Source of the DNA: Candidatus Uhrbacteria bacterium
GTDB lineage: Bacteria > Patescibacteriota > Patescibacteriia > UBA9934
Direction: 5' to 3'
Assembly: GCA_903827265.1 (NCBI GenBank)
Contig: CAIKHN010000003.1
Span: 24,392-88,391 of the forward strand
Length of the DNA stretch: 64,000 nucleotides
The notes under the pieces are model-generated. The model saw nothing but the letters and a program-made list of their open reading frames with translations, ran no database searches and had not been told where the DNA came from. Below, piece by piece: positions 1 through 12,300 of the stretch (the stretch's first letter is position 1; each line of letters opens with the position of its first letter). The translations under genes were made by a program, and so were the position numbers.

Positions 1-2
1 TT

Positions 3-194
3 CTCGAAAAGTATTTGCCAGCGCAAATGACCGATGGCGAGCTCGAGGAGAGAGTACGTGCAAAGCTTGCTGAGCTCGGTATTACCGACATGGCATCGGT
101 TGGCAAAGCAATGGGCGCGCTTATGGCGGATTTGAAGGAATTTGCTGACGGCTCTCGTATTAAGGCGACAGTCGATAAGATTCTCAAGAAGTAA
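3..194 (+). CDS. GatB/YqeY domain protein, C-terminal fragment (5' partial)
   Basis: Frame-3 translation ...LEKYLPAQMTDGELEERVRAKLAELGITDMASVGKAMGALMADLKEFADGSRIKATVDKILKK* matches the conserved C-terminus of YqeY/GatB-like proteins. The start lies outside the window. Confidence 0.6.
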   Translation, partial: LEKYLPAQMTDGELEERVRAKLAELGITDMASVGKAMGALMADLKEFADGSRIKATVDKILKK

Positions 195-377
195 TTGTCG
201 CGAGCTGGTGACTCGGGTACATGTTTCTTTGCTCACTCATCAACGGGTCCTGTCACCTCGGACCCCGTTACGGTGTCAGCTCGCACGTCACGTCTTCGAC
301 AATCATCATTGATATCTGTGCTCGTTGCGCTCCGTACGGGGGCCTCCCTCGGTGCCACCCGTTGATTCGTTCGCATC

Positions 378-1469
378 ATGTCCACTCCTCAAAAAACCAT
401 CCTTGCTGATCTCATTCATTTCCGCGCCAGTGCGCGGGAGGCTTCGGATAGGATGGAAGAGCTTGAGGAGCTTGTTCGAACATACGGTGGGGCAGTGGTG
501 GTGAAAAATATTCAGCGGAAGGAGAAGCCAGATGGCAGAACATTTATTGGCAAAGGAAAGGTTGAAGAAATTCTCGCAGATGCACAGGCGCTTGGCGCAA
601 CGCTTCTTGTGGTGAGCCATGTCCTCAAGCCAAGCCAGATTTTTCATTTGGAGGAGGAATTGAAGCCGGCAAAGATGCGTGTGTGGGATCGAACAGATCT
701 TATTTTGAATATTTTCGACAAGCACGCAAAAACCACGGAGGCGAAGCTTGAGATCGAACTTGCGCGTATTCGTCACATGGGGCCACGAATTTATGACATG
801 GGCGAGCAGCTTGGCCGTCAGCGCGGTGGAACCGGTACTCGTGGCGGAAGTGGAGAAGGAAACACGGAGGCGATGAAGCGGCACTTGAAGGAGCAGGAGC
901 GCGCAATCATGAAGAAATTGGAGACGTATCAGGGCGTTCGTGATCGGCAACGTGAGCGACGAGATAAAATGCGCCAACGGACGGTTGCTTTGGTCGGTTA
1001 CACGAATGCGGGGAAGACCTCATTGTTGAATGCGCTCACCAAGCGAAAGGAATACGCAGCGAACGCGTTATTTGCGACGCTTGATACTCGTGTTGGAACA
1101 ATGTATTTGCCGGCGCTCGAAGGCACGGCATTGCTTTCAGATACGATCGGATTTATTCAGGGCCTTCCGCCCGAACTGTTAGCGTCGTTTCGTTCAACGC
1201 TCTCTGAGGCGATCAGCGCCGATCTTTTGCTTCACGTCATCGATGCCGCCGACGACAAGCGCGAGGAGAAGATCGCAGTCGTCGATGATATTTTGAAAAA
1301 ACTTGGCGTAACAGACACTCCTGTTATTCGTGTGTTCAACAAGATTGACGCGTGGCATCAAGGTTCTTTTCCTATGGAGGAAGGAATGATCGCGGTGTCC
1401 GCAAAAACTGGTGAAGGACTTGAACACTTGCGTGACGCTATTGCACACATCTTTTCCCCAACGAAATAA
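378..1469 (+). CDS. hflX: GTPase HflX
   Basis: 363 aa. It has the HflX N-terminal domain, a glycine-rich segment and a G-domain with G1 GYTNAGKTSLLNALT and DTxGF (DTIGFIQ) motifs. Confidence 0.85.
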   Translation: MSTPQKTILADLIHFRASAREASDRMEELEELVRTYGGAVVVKNIQRKEKPDGRTFIGKGKVEEILADAQALGATLLVVSHVLKPSQIFHLEEELKPAKMRVWDRTDLILNIFDKHAKTTEAKLEIELARIRHMGPRIYDMGEQLGRQRGGTGTRGGSGEGNTEAMKRHLKEQERAIMKKLETYQGVRDRQRERRDKMRQRTVALVGYTNAGKTSLLNALTKRKEYAANALFATLDTRVGTMYLPALEGTALLSDTIGFIQGLPPELLASFRSTLSEAISADLLLHVIDAADDKREEKIAVVDDILKKLGVTDTPVIRVFNKIDAWHQGSFPMEEGMIAVSAKTGEGLEHLRDAIAHIFSPTK

Positions 1470-1474
1470 TCTTC

Positions 1475-3304
1475 GTGTTCGTTCCGGTGCGGTATACTAG
1501 TGCCATGGATTCATCATTGGTTCGCAAGATGCTTCGTCGCGGTTCCATGCTTGCTGCGGCGGTGCTCATGATTGGGGTGCCGTTCTTCGTTTTTGCTGCA
1601 GACGCAAACCTTTCGTCGGTTGCTTCTACATCAGGACTTGGAACCGACAGTCTCATGACGATTATCGGACGAATCATCAACGTCGTCCTTAGCGTTTTGG
1701 GCGTGATCTTTTTAATTCTCATGGTGTACGCCGGTGCAATCTGGATGACGGCTGGTGGCGACGGTAAGAAGGTCGACAAAGCAAAAGGGATTTTGATCAA
1801 CGCGGTCGTTGGTTTGATCATCACCATGTCGGCGTACGCAATTTCCGTATTCGTTATCAATCTCCTTTCCGATGCAACAGGCGGATCTGGCAACGGAAGC
1901 TCATCCGGAAGTGTTTCGGTCGAGGCCCTTTCAAACTCATTGGGCTCCGGCGTGATCCGCGATCACTATCCTGCTCGTGGAGCAACAGATGTTTCGCGCA
2001 ACACGCGAATCTTTGTGACGTTCCGTGATTCGATGGATCCGTCATCGTTCATTACCGGATATGACACAAATGGCACGCCATCAGATGTTTCTGACGATAC
2101 GTCTGCAACAGCAATTGAGAACAGCAATGTAAAAATCTATGCTCGTGCAAGCGGCGACACTGCGGCGCTTACTGATGTTTCCGTTTCGTTTACGGACGAC
2201 TTAAAAACATTCGTGTTTGACCCAACAGAATATCTCGGCTCTGCAACAGAAGACGTCACGTACGCCGTGTATCTGAGTGATTCCATTAAAAATACTGACG
2301 GCGATACTCCAATCGATTCTGGCGGGTATCTCTGGTACTTCACCACAGGAACAACTGTCGATATCACTCCGCCAACCGTTGAATACGTCATGCCGGCAGA
2401 CGGCACGACGAAAGATCGAAATATCGTTGTACAAGCGGTGTTTAGTGAGGCGATCGATCCAACGTCAGCAACCGGAACGCGTTTAAATGATAGTGGATTC
2501 TCAAATATTCAAATCGTTGGCACGTCATCGACTGCGCCAGTTGCCGGAGAATACGTTATAAGCAACTCGTACAAAACCGTCACATTCACCTCTACCGATG
2601 CGTGCGGAACAAATTCGTGCGGCGAAACCATTTACTGCTTGCCTGGTGGGGAATCGGTAACAGGAACCATCTCTTCCGCGACGCCAACAAGTAGCACCGA
2701 TGCCGCGGCCTCGGTGTTCCCATACGACGGCATCGTCGACACATCCGGTAACGCGCTCGATGGAAATGCAGACGGTTCGGTTGGTACTGATGACGACTAT
2801 TCGTGGGGCTTCACCACAACGAATGACATTAACCTCGATGCGCCGGCTATTGAGAGCATTATTCCAAATATTGAAGAAGAAGACGTTGCGCTCGATCAGC
2901 CGATTCAAATGACATTCGACGGAATCATCGATGCGTCAACAGCAAACTCGTCGAACATTATTGCGACAAATAAGGAAATGACGAGCGGGAAAAGTCATGA
3001 AATGTGGTACTCGTTCAAGGTAACATCGCTGACGTCTGACGGCGAGGAAGTTCTTGTCGCGTCGCAAACGCCAGCAAAATCGCTTGTCACAATTTCCCAC
3101 GGAACGTTCCTTGCATCCGACGCAACGGTGCCGCTGTCATACATGTACGGCATTTCTGCAAACGACGGCGTGCAAAATGAGTATCAAAACTGTTTTGTTC
3201 CAGGCGAAGGACCGGATGCTTCTGGGAATACTTGTGGAACAACAACAGCGGTTCCGTACTGTTGTAATGGTACTGCGCAGGCAGCTGCCTGCACGCTCTT
3301 CTAA
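1475..3304 (+). CDS. Surface protein with N-terminal VirB2/TrbC-like pilin membrane-anchor domain and Ig-like domains
   Basis: 609 aa. Signal peptide ending FAADA, then TM, then WMTAGGDGKKVDKAKGILINAVVGLII, then a second TM; this block is paralogous to the N-terminus of the 3314 gene. The rest is Ser/Thr/Asp-rich beta-type domain sequence. An alternative start is M at 1505. Confidence 0.7.
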   Translation: MFVPVRYTSAMDSSLVRKMLRRGSMLAAAVLMIGVPFFVFAADANLSSVASTSGLGTDSLMTIIGRIINVVLSVLGVIFLILMVYAGAIWMTAGGDGKKVDKAKGILINAVVGLIITMSAYAISVFVINLLSDATGGSGNGSSSGSVSVEALSNSLGSGVIRDHYPARGATDVSRNTRIFVTFRDSMDPSSFITGYDTNGTPSDVSDDTSATAIENSNVKIYARASGDTAALTDVSVSFTDDLKTFVFDPTEYLGSATEDVTYAVYLSDSIKNTDGDTPIDSGGYLWYFTTGTTVDITPPTVEYVMPADGTTKDRNIVVQAVFSEAIDPTSATGTRLNDSGFSNIQIVGTSSTAPVAGEYVISNSYKTVTFTSTDACGTNSCGETIYCLPGGESVTGTISSATPTSSTDAAASVFPYDGIVDTSGNALDGNADGSVGTDDDYSWGFTTTNDINLDAPAIESIIPNIEEEDVALDQPIQMTFDGIIDASTANSSNIIATNKEMTSGKSHEMWYSFKVTSLTSDGEEVLVASQTPAKSLVTISHGTFLASDATVPLSYMYGISANDGVQNEYQNCFVPGEGPDASGNTCGTTTAVPYCCNGTAQAAACTLF

Positions 3305-3313
3305 ACATCTTCT

Positions 3314-6300
3314 GTGAAACGTCGCATTGCAAAACTCTTTGCTACCGGATGCCTCAGCCTTCTTTTGGGCCTTGGGGCATTTGGCGTTCATCCTTCTGCT
3401 GTATTTGCTGCAGATGCAACGACGGACGCGCTTGCAACGGTTGGAGATCAGACGGGGCTGAGCACCACGGATCCAAAAATCATCGTCGGGAACATGATCC
3501 GAACCGGACTTGGCGTTCTCGGCATCATTCTTGTGTGCGTTATTGTGTACGGCGGTTTTGTGTGGATGACTGCTGCTGGCAGGCCAGATCAAGTTGACAA
3601 GGCAAAGAAGATCCTTGTAAACGCGGTCATTGGTTTGATCATCATTCTCTTGTCTTGGAGTATCGCGTCATTTATTGTTTCGTCATTAACGAATGCAACC
3701 GGTACGGGCGGTGGTAACGGTGGCGGCGGTTCGGGTGGAACTGGTGGATACGGCTTAGGCGGCGGAAGCGCGTCGGCATTCACGGTCACTGGCTTCTCTC
3801 CAGATGGCGCGGTGTCAATCCGCAACATTGTGCCGCGAATTACATTCAGTAAGTCTGTCGATAGTGCGACGGTCAATGGAAATGTTTCAATTGCGGACGC
3901 TTCTGGGACTGCGGTCGCTGGAGCATTCGTCGCGACCGGAAATACGGTGAAATTTACGCCGACGGCAACGTGTCCAGAGCCAAATGCAGATCGATTTTGT
4001 TTTGACGAAAGCGCAACATTTACCATCACCGTATCTGCAGGGCTCCTGAGTTCCGGCGGTACGCAGATCTCGTGCAGTACAACGGCGCCATGTACGGCAA
4101 CGTTTACATCAGGTTCTGTTGTCGATACGAAAAATCCTTCTGCAACAATTTCGTATCCTGATGGTACGGTTCCAACGGCATCAACAACAGATTTTCAAGT
4201 TATTGCAACCGACGACGCTGGCGTTTCTACCGGAGACTTCTTTGTTGATGACGAATGGCAGGACACGGTTCCTGGCACTGGTACGGTTGATGAAACGATT
4301 TCAACCATTATCGATACATCAAGTTTTGTTGATGGTACGCGGTACACATTTAAGGCAACGGTAACCGACCTTGCGGGCAACGAGGACTCTGACAGCGTTT
4401 CTGTCCGTGCGAAGCCAGAATGGTGCTACAACGGTGTCGCGGATACAGATCTTGGGGAGACCGGCATTGATTGTGGTGGCGATTCTTCGCTTACAACGTA
4501 TTGTGGCGCTTGTGATGGATCGAGTTGTACCGAAAGCAGTGAATGTTCGAGCGGATCATGTGTGAGCGGCGTTTGCGTGTCGAATCCGGCGATTACGGGA
4601 ATTTCTCCAGAGGATGGCGCTGTTGGAACGTATGTCACGATTTCCGGAACAGACTTTGGTTCAAGCACCGGAACGGTCTTCTTCACTGATGCTGCGGGTA
4701 CTGGAACGGTTGCCGCGAAAGTATTAACGAGTTGCGCTGATGGCTGGAGTGATACGCAAGTGGTTGTTGCGGTTCCATCAGGTGCTGGCGACGGACCAAT
4801 CACGCTCATGAATGGCAACGATGTTTCCGATAGCACGAATGACGACGCTGGCGAGCTGGTTCCGAATTTCGATGTGAACGATACGGTGCACCCAAGCTTG
4901 TGTTCGCTTTCAACATCTTCTGGAACATCAACATCGGCACTGACACTTTCTGGTGCAAATTTTGGCGATTCGCAAGGAACATCAGCGGTTTCCTTCTCTG
5001 CAACGGCTGCAGGATCATATACTTCATGGTCTGGAAGTGCGGTGAAGGTTACAGTTCCTTCTGCAGCGGCTGGCGATTACGATGTTGGCGTAACGGTTGG
5101 CGGCGAAACATCGAATACTCTCGCGTTCTCGCTCACAAAAGCAACGACTGATGCTTCAACGATTACTGATGTGAGTCCGTCAGAGGGCGGCATCGGCCAG
5201 TACGTCACTATCGCGGGAACGAATTTCGGGTCATCCGTTGGAACTGTGACGTTTACAAGCGCTTCCGGCGACACTGCAACAGGAAGCATCGATTTTCCAG
5301 CAGCGTGTAGTAGCGATTATTGGGACGCAGACCAAGTGATCATTATCGTCCCAGAGAAATTCGATAACGGTACTGCGCTGAGTACTGGTTTATACACCAT
5401 ATCGATTACCAATCAAAAAGGCGTGACGTCGTCGTCTGCGGATTTCACGGTAACCGATGCATCGCCTACACCTGGAATTTGTCGCATGACGTCGTCGGCC
5501 GATGTTGGAGATACCGTCACGATTTCTGGTGATCATTTTGCGCTTGCAACGGACACTGTTACGTTTTACAACGGCGTGAAAACATTAACCGCAACATCGT
5601 GGAACAATAGTGCGATTACTGTTGTTGTTCCAGAAGGATCGGTGACCGGTCCAGTAACGGTGACGGTTGCTGGCGTTGAGAGCAACTCTGCAAATTTGAG
5701 CGTTGGTACAACATCGACGTCATCAACATCGACGGTTGCTGCGGCGTATGCGTGGGATTTCTCCACCGGAACTATCGCGCGAGTGCCATCGGTGGTGAGC
5801 GAATGTTCTGCGGATACTGTTTCCGCAGTTCCAAACAGCCGCTATTCTGAACAGGCTGAGATCTGTGTGAATGCTGTCGTGTATGCAGAATTTACGACGC
5901 TCATGAACGAGGCAACGGTGGAAGATGCAATAACAGTTGAGAAGTGTACGGCTTCAGTGAGTAGCACGAGCGACGATCCTTGCGCGACTTCGGAAACGGT
6001 TTCTGGAACAGCGACCGCGGCTTCTGGTTCGTCGTCGACACACGTAACATGGATTCCCGATACTGATTTTTCTTCTGACACCACGTATCGCGTGACGATT
6101 TCTACGGGAGCGCTTTCGGCAGATAGCATTGCGATGGCAGCAGATGCGACATGGAAATTTACGACTTCGACCACAACGGACGCGTGTGTTGTTGATCGCG
6201 TAACGGTGACGCCTTCTGAAGATTCGCTTGCAGTTGATGGCGAAACAGCAGGATTCTCTGCAAACGCAGGAACAGGATGTGTTGTTGTTGATAGCTCCGA

Positions 6301-9300
6301 CTACGCGTGGGATTGGTCGGTTGATTCGTACTCTTATGTCGATTTTTCTTCGACCGCGGATTCGAAGTGCGTTGGCGATCCAACGGCGTGCGCAACACTT
6401 GAGGCGCTTGCCGAAGGAAAAACAACGGTTACCGCAACGGCAATAAACGCCGAAGGATCAGGAAGCGTTTCAGACGGCGCAACGCTTACCGTTAATTTTA
6501 CCGATCCATACATTGCAAGTTACGCCCCAAATTGTACTGAAGCCTGTACGAATGCTTCGGTGTACGCAACGTTTAATACGGCAATGACGGAATCAGACAT
6601 TACGGCGGGGGATCACGTCGTACTGTACGAATGCACCAACGAATTGTGTACAAACCTTACGCGCGTCGATGCAAATCCATCATGTACATTCGATTCGTCA
6701 GACACCGCGCGTTGCACCGGATTCGCATTTAATGCATCAACACTTTCTGCGGGAAAGTACTATCGTGTGGTGGTGTCCGGAGATGTCGCGAGTTCAAGCG
6801 GCGTTGCGCTGATTCGAACAAATTACGGCTCTGATTATTCATGGACCTTCCGTGTTCGTGAAGACGGAACTGCGTGTGCAGTGGAGCGAATCGATCTTTC
6901 TCCAACAAATCCAATCGTTTCTGCAGTTGGCGACGCAACGGCATTTACTGCTGAGGCTTTTGGTGCAGCTGATTCGTGTTCGACGTCTGGTCAGAAGCTT
7001 GCGGGCGCTGATTACAACTGGGGCTGGACCGATCCGATTCCTGATTCTGATCAAAATACTGAAACGACGGGCTACACTGCCGCATGGAGCACGATTTCTG
7101 GATCGCTGTTTGACGGCGGCGGTAGCGCTATCGTTGAGGGGTGTTCGGCATTGTGTACACCAATCGGTAGCTCGCCGTTCCAGGCAATTTGCGGCGATGG
7201 CGTTTTGGATCAAGATGCAGATGGAAGTGGTGAAGAATGCGATGACAGCAATACCACCGATCACGATGGTTGTTCATCGACGTGTTTATTTGAGGGCTCT
7301 GCCGCCTGCGCGATAGCTGGAGTTGGCACGAATTGCTGCGGCAACGGATCGATTGACGTTGCGTACGCAAGCGATGTCGCAGAAAGCTGTGACGACGGCA
7401 ATGTGGTAAACGGCGACGGCTGTTCTTCGACATGTTTAGCGGAAGGCTCTGCATCCGTCGGTGCAACGTGTGGAAATGACGATATTGCATTTGATGCAAC
7501 GACCCACGCTGGAGAGCTTTGTGATGATGGAAATAACGCAAGTGGCGATGGCTGTTCCCGTCAATGTTTGCCTGAAGGATCACGAAGCTTGGCATCGCTT
7601 GGTGGCGCATTGTGTGGCGACGGAACCATTACTTCGCCATACGAAACATGCGACGACGGCAATACCAAAAATGACGATGGCTGTTCTTCGACGTGTGTTC
7701 GCGAAGGATTGGCAGCATGTACTTCGGTGGTAAAAAACAATTGTTGTGGAAACGCGACGGTTGATCAAAATACAATTACTGGAGCGGGTGAGGATTGCGA
7801 TCCTTCCGCTGGCACGGAAGGCTGTACAAGTACGTGTACTTTTGAAGGATCATCTGTTGATTACGCGATGCCGTCAGTTTGTGGCGACGGCGTTGTAGGA
7901 CTTGGTGAATACAGTGCTTGCGAATCATCGAGTGCAACCGGTGACGGCAACGTTGATCCTATTCAGGTTGCATACATGTCGTCTGATGCGGTGAAGGAAG
8001 TAAATCCAACCACGAAAGAAGCGATTGCGACAGTGACGGTTTCCGAATCAACGTCTGGACTGTATGCAACGTCAGACTTTGCCTTAACGTGTGCTGCCTC
8101 GAGTGATCAAGACTGTTCTGACCCTGAAACAACCGGTGTCGGAACCTCGAATTGCTGTGTGGAGCGTCCAACATTAGAATCATCATCGCCGACTGGAGCG
8201 TCAGTTTGCCGAAATGCTGCAATCAATGGCGTGTTCTCTGAAGAAATGAACAAAGGTTCGTTTGCCTTCTCGGAAACATCTGGTTCAACCACCACGACAA
8301 CGCCGTACATGTACGTCAAATTGAATTTGGCGTCAGGACAGAGCTGTCCAAGCGGGTACACCACTCTCGCGGTTGCAAAGACGTCGCTGTTTGGCAGAGT
8401 TGTCGGTACAATCCGAACATTCTTCTTTGGTGAGAATGCCGAGGCCGCTGCAGCTGCTGGCGCTGCCGATTCTGGTGACTGCATTTTGCCAACAGACTCA
8501 TACACGCAAACGGACATGGGAGACGGAACGTTCAAAGTTTCACTCAACTACAGCACTGCGCTTGAGGCTGATTCGTCGTACACGCTGGTGATTGTTGGCG
8601 ACGACGATACGTCAGACGCCGCAACCGAGGGGGTAACGTCGAAACTTGGTGCAGGAATGAATGGCACGCAGTTCGCCACATTCACGACGGGAACCGATAT
8701 TTGTACGCTCGATGTCGTTTCTGTCGACGACACGAACGCTGACAGTCCAAACACATTCACCACAACGAACGAATCGCACACCTTTACTGCAACCCCGATG
8801 TCGTACAGCGGAAGCACCCGTCAGGAAATCACCAGCATTCCTGACGTGTATAGCTGGACATGGTCAGGTTGGAAGAGTAGTGATACCGCACTCTTCACCG
8901 CAACACAGGGCGACGCAACGGCGCTCGATACTGCCGCAGTTGTTGCAGTTGGCGATAACGGAGACGCAACCATCGTCGCAACAGCAACGGTGACCGATTC
9001 AACCGGAACAACGGCGAAAACATCAACAGTCGACGGTGCGGCAGACGTCACGGCACTCTTGTGTGAGGATCCATGGCCGGTGTTGTCGTCGTTCCCATGG
9101 ACTGACGACGGTTTTGGTGACAGTGGCGCAGCAGTTGGAACGAGTGGCTACATGAACTTCGCGGTTGCGTATTGTAAGGATTACGGCACGGATAATGATT
9201 TAACCGATAACTTGCCAGACGTGAAGGTTGTGTTGGCGCCGTCATCTCCGTCGTCAAAAGTCTTGAAGGAATATTTGTTTGAAATCGATCCTTCGTCGTC

Positions 9301-12300
9301 GACAGCATCAATTGGCGATGCGGGCGATGTCGTTGGTGTACGTATTTTGAGCAATGCCGATTACTTGAGCCCAATGGCGTGGTATGAGGCGCAAGGATTC
9401 ACTGGTAGCCCAACCGAAACAACGGTCGATGGATTCCAGGCTGTTACTGACGACCGATCGACGTACGTTGCGATGGCGAACTCCACAACGACGGGATTGT
9501 ATTCGAACATTTTCGTTGTTTCGTATAACGAAGGAGCATCGGATGTCACGAAGGAGGTATACAACCAAATCCTGAAAAACTTGAGTTTCTTAACAAACGT
9601 TACCGATACTCCAGTGTGTAGCGTCACGGCAAGCACGTCATGTTCGAAAGACGCTGACTGTCCGGCGGGCGAAGCATGTTTGGACGACAAAGCGAAAATC
9701 ATGCGCGACACTGCGCGTCTTGGGGATATAAAAGACATCGGCATCGCGGTTGATGCATACAGCGCCGACAACAAGACGTGTAGCAGTACGACGTCGCAAA
9801 GCTGTGATGCTGACAGCGATTGTCCGGGAGATGAAACATGTGAGGTAACGGTTCCTGCATTGTCGTCGGGGACATCGGTGCGGTCATTAGCATCAAGCGC
9901 GTGGAGTTCGTGGCAGGAAACGCTCGGTGGTGCGGTGGATGGCTCTGCACTTCCAACGGATCCGCTGAATACGTACGCGACATGTTCAGGCTATGACGCT
10001 GCAACATGTGTGAACCAAACAAGCGGTTCGTATTCCTGTCCAACCGGATCATTCGTGTATCACTATCGATCGGTTGGCGCTCGCGATTACGAAGTTGCAA
10101 CAGAATTGGAGTACACCGCGTTGTCATGGGTGAATGACGTTGATGCTGACGGCACTGACAACGTGACGTTCTACACGTCTTCCTATTGCGATGGCGATGT
10201 GTACGGTTCATCGAGCACCTGTGGCGATGGGATCATCGGAACGAGCAACAACGGAACATCGGATGACACAACGGATGATTACACCGAAACGTGTGAAATC
10301 GGCCAGGTTCATGCCGAGGCTTGTACAACAACCGACGGCGCAACAGGAACGGCGAATGCAACATGTAATAGCACGTGTACGGGTTACGACGCTGTCCCAT
10401 CTGACGCAGCATGTACGGCAACGTCGTGTGGCGATGGCATTGTGAATGGAGTTGAGGAATGTGACGATGGCGCAAAGAATGGGGAGTACGGCTATTGTGG
10501 TGATTCATGTACGTTCGCAAGCGGATCATATTGTGGCGATGGTGTTATTTCCGGTGGTGAGGCGTGTGATTGTGGCGATTCATCAACAACAGCAACAGCA
10601 AGTTCACGTCCATATGCCGGAAGCGCAGGATCATGTGCCGGATACAACGGAGCATACGATGCCGATCAGCATGCGACGTGTGCCTGGGACTGTACTGGCC
10701 CTGCGAGTTACTGTGGCGATACGACGGTGGATTCTGGCGAGTCATGCGACGGAAATGCCGACGCGTATACCGGAAAGATCTGTGCTGACGGTGTGACGAA
10801 ATGTACGACGGATACGGATTGTGGCGGCGCAACATGTGGAGGATTGCTCAACGGTGAATGTCCGTCGCAAGGCTACTTATGTAACGGCGGAACAAACGAT
10901 GGTTACGTATGTTACTCGCCATCATGGTCAATCGCTGCAAATTACGTTGGCGATTATTTCTGTGAAACACTCGGCGGGGGAACGTGTGAACGAAACGAGC
11001 GATCGTACCAGACGTATCACACACGAACCTGTGACGACGGATCATCAACGTCGATGTGTGGCTGGAACGCATGGGAATACTGCAATGCAAACGGTCAATC
11101 GTGTGGAAATGGCGTGGTTGATGGCGACGAAGAATGTGATGACGGAAATGACGTTGCAACAGATTCGTGTACAACCGCATGTACGGTAAACGTTTGTGGA
11201 GATGGATATTTGTACACGGGTTCAGAAGAATGTGATCAGGGCACGTCAAACGGCGCAGCATGTGACTCCGCCTATGAATCAACGTGCACGGCATGTTCAA
11301 CAACATGTCACTACACGGTGTCTTCCGGTGAATTCTGCGGTGACGGCGTGATTAATGGAACGGAATATTGCGATGGATCCGACGTTCCGTATGTTTGGTA
11401 CAACTATTACTCAAGCACAAATGGTCAACCGGTAAGCCTTGGATCATGTACCGCGGCACAGGCTGGCGATGGATACGTTGACGACATGGGCGGTCCGTAC
11501 ACCTACGTCGATTCTTCCGGAGCGACACAGTCGCTTACACAAATTGTCTGTGCTCAGGTTGGATTGTGTAACGGTGGAACGAATAATGGGGGAGACTGCG
11601 CTTCAGATAGTCAGTGTACGAATGGCGGAGACTGCGTAATGCCGGTGTGTAATGCATCGTGTAGCGCGTCGTGCCCAACGGCTGAAAGCAGTGTGGCGTT
11701 ACTCCTCACCACAAACCAGCCGGGTGCAATTGGTGCAGCGGATGTTGATGTGTACTCTTACAGCAGTTCAAGCTCCTCGAGTCTTCCGAATGCAGCAACG
11801 ATTATGGTTCCAGCGTGTACGGTTGCGGGAAACCTCGTTGCCGACGTGGACTTTAGTAACGTCACGCCTCCTGATGTGTACGTTGCATTCGTTACAGATC
11901 GATCAGGTTCGATGGGAACAAAGGATATGACTGGCGGAGAACAACGTTTGGCGGTTGCTCGCGACAGCATTACATCTGCAATAAAAACGTTGTTTGATGA
12001 ATTGGGCGAAACAGTACAGATCGGTTTGGCGAGCTTCGACTCGACGCTCTACACCTCGACAGCATTCACTACGAACGAACGAACGCTAACGGATGACGTT
12101 GCGGCATATACTGAAATTGGTGGTGGAACGAACACGTATCTTGGATTGAATGAAGCAAAATCCTTATTCGATGCAAAGGCTACTGGTTCGAATGTTGCGA
12201 AGATTGCGATTCTCTTAAGTGATGGTCAGCCATCGGATAGCTCGACGAGCTCGGTTGATGGTGTATCTGGCGCAACCGCATCAGCTGAAGCGCTCATCGC

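Noticed and set aside
194-377. Hairpin gggtcc...ggaccc after the yqeY fragment as a terminator
   Set aside because: There is no adjacent T-tract, so the evidence is too weak to call a terminator.
306-977. 223-aa minus-strand ORF
   Set aside because: It is entirely antisense to hflX, whose product has clear GTPase motifs.
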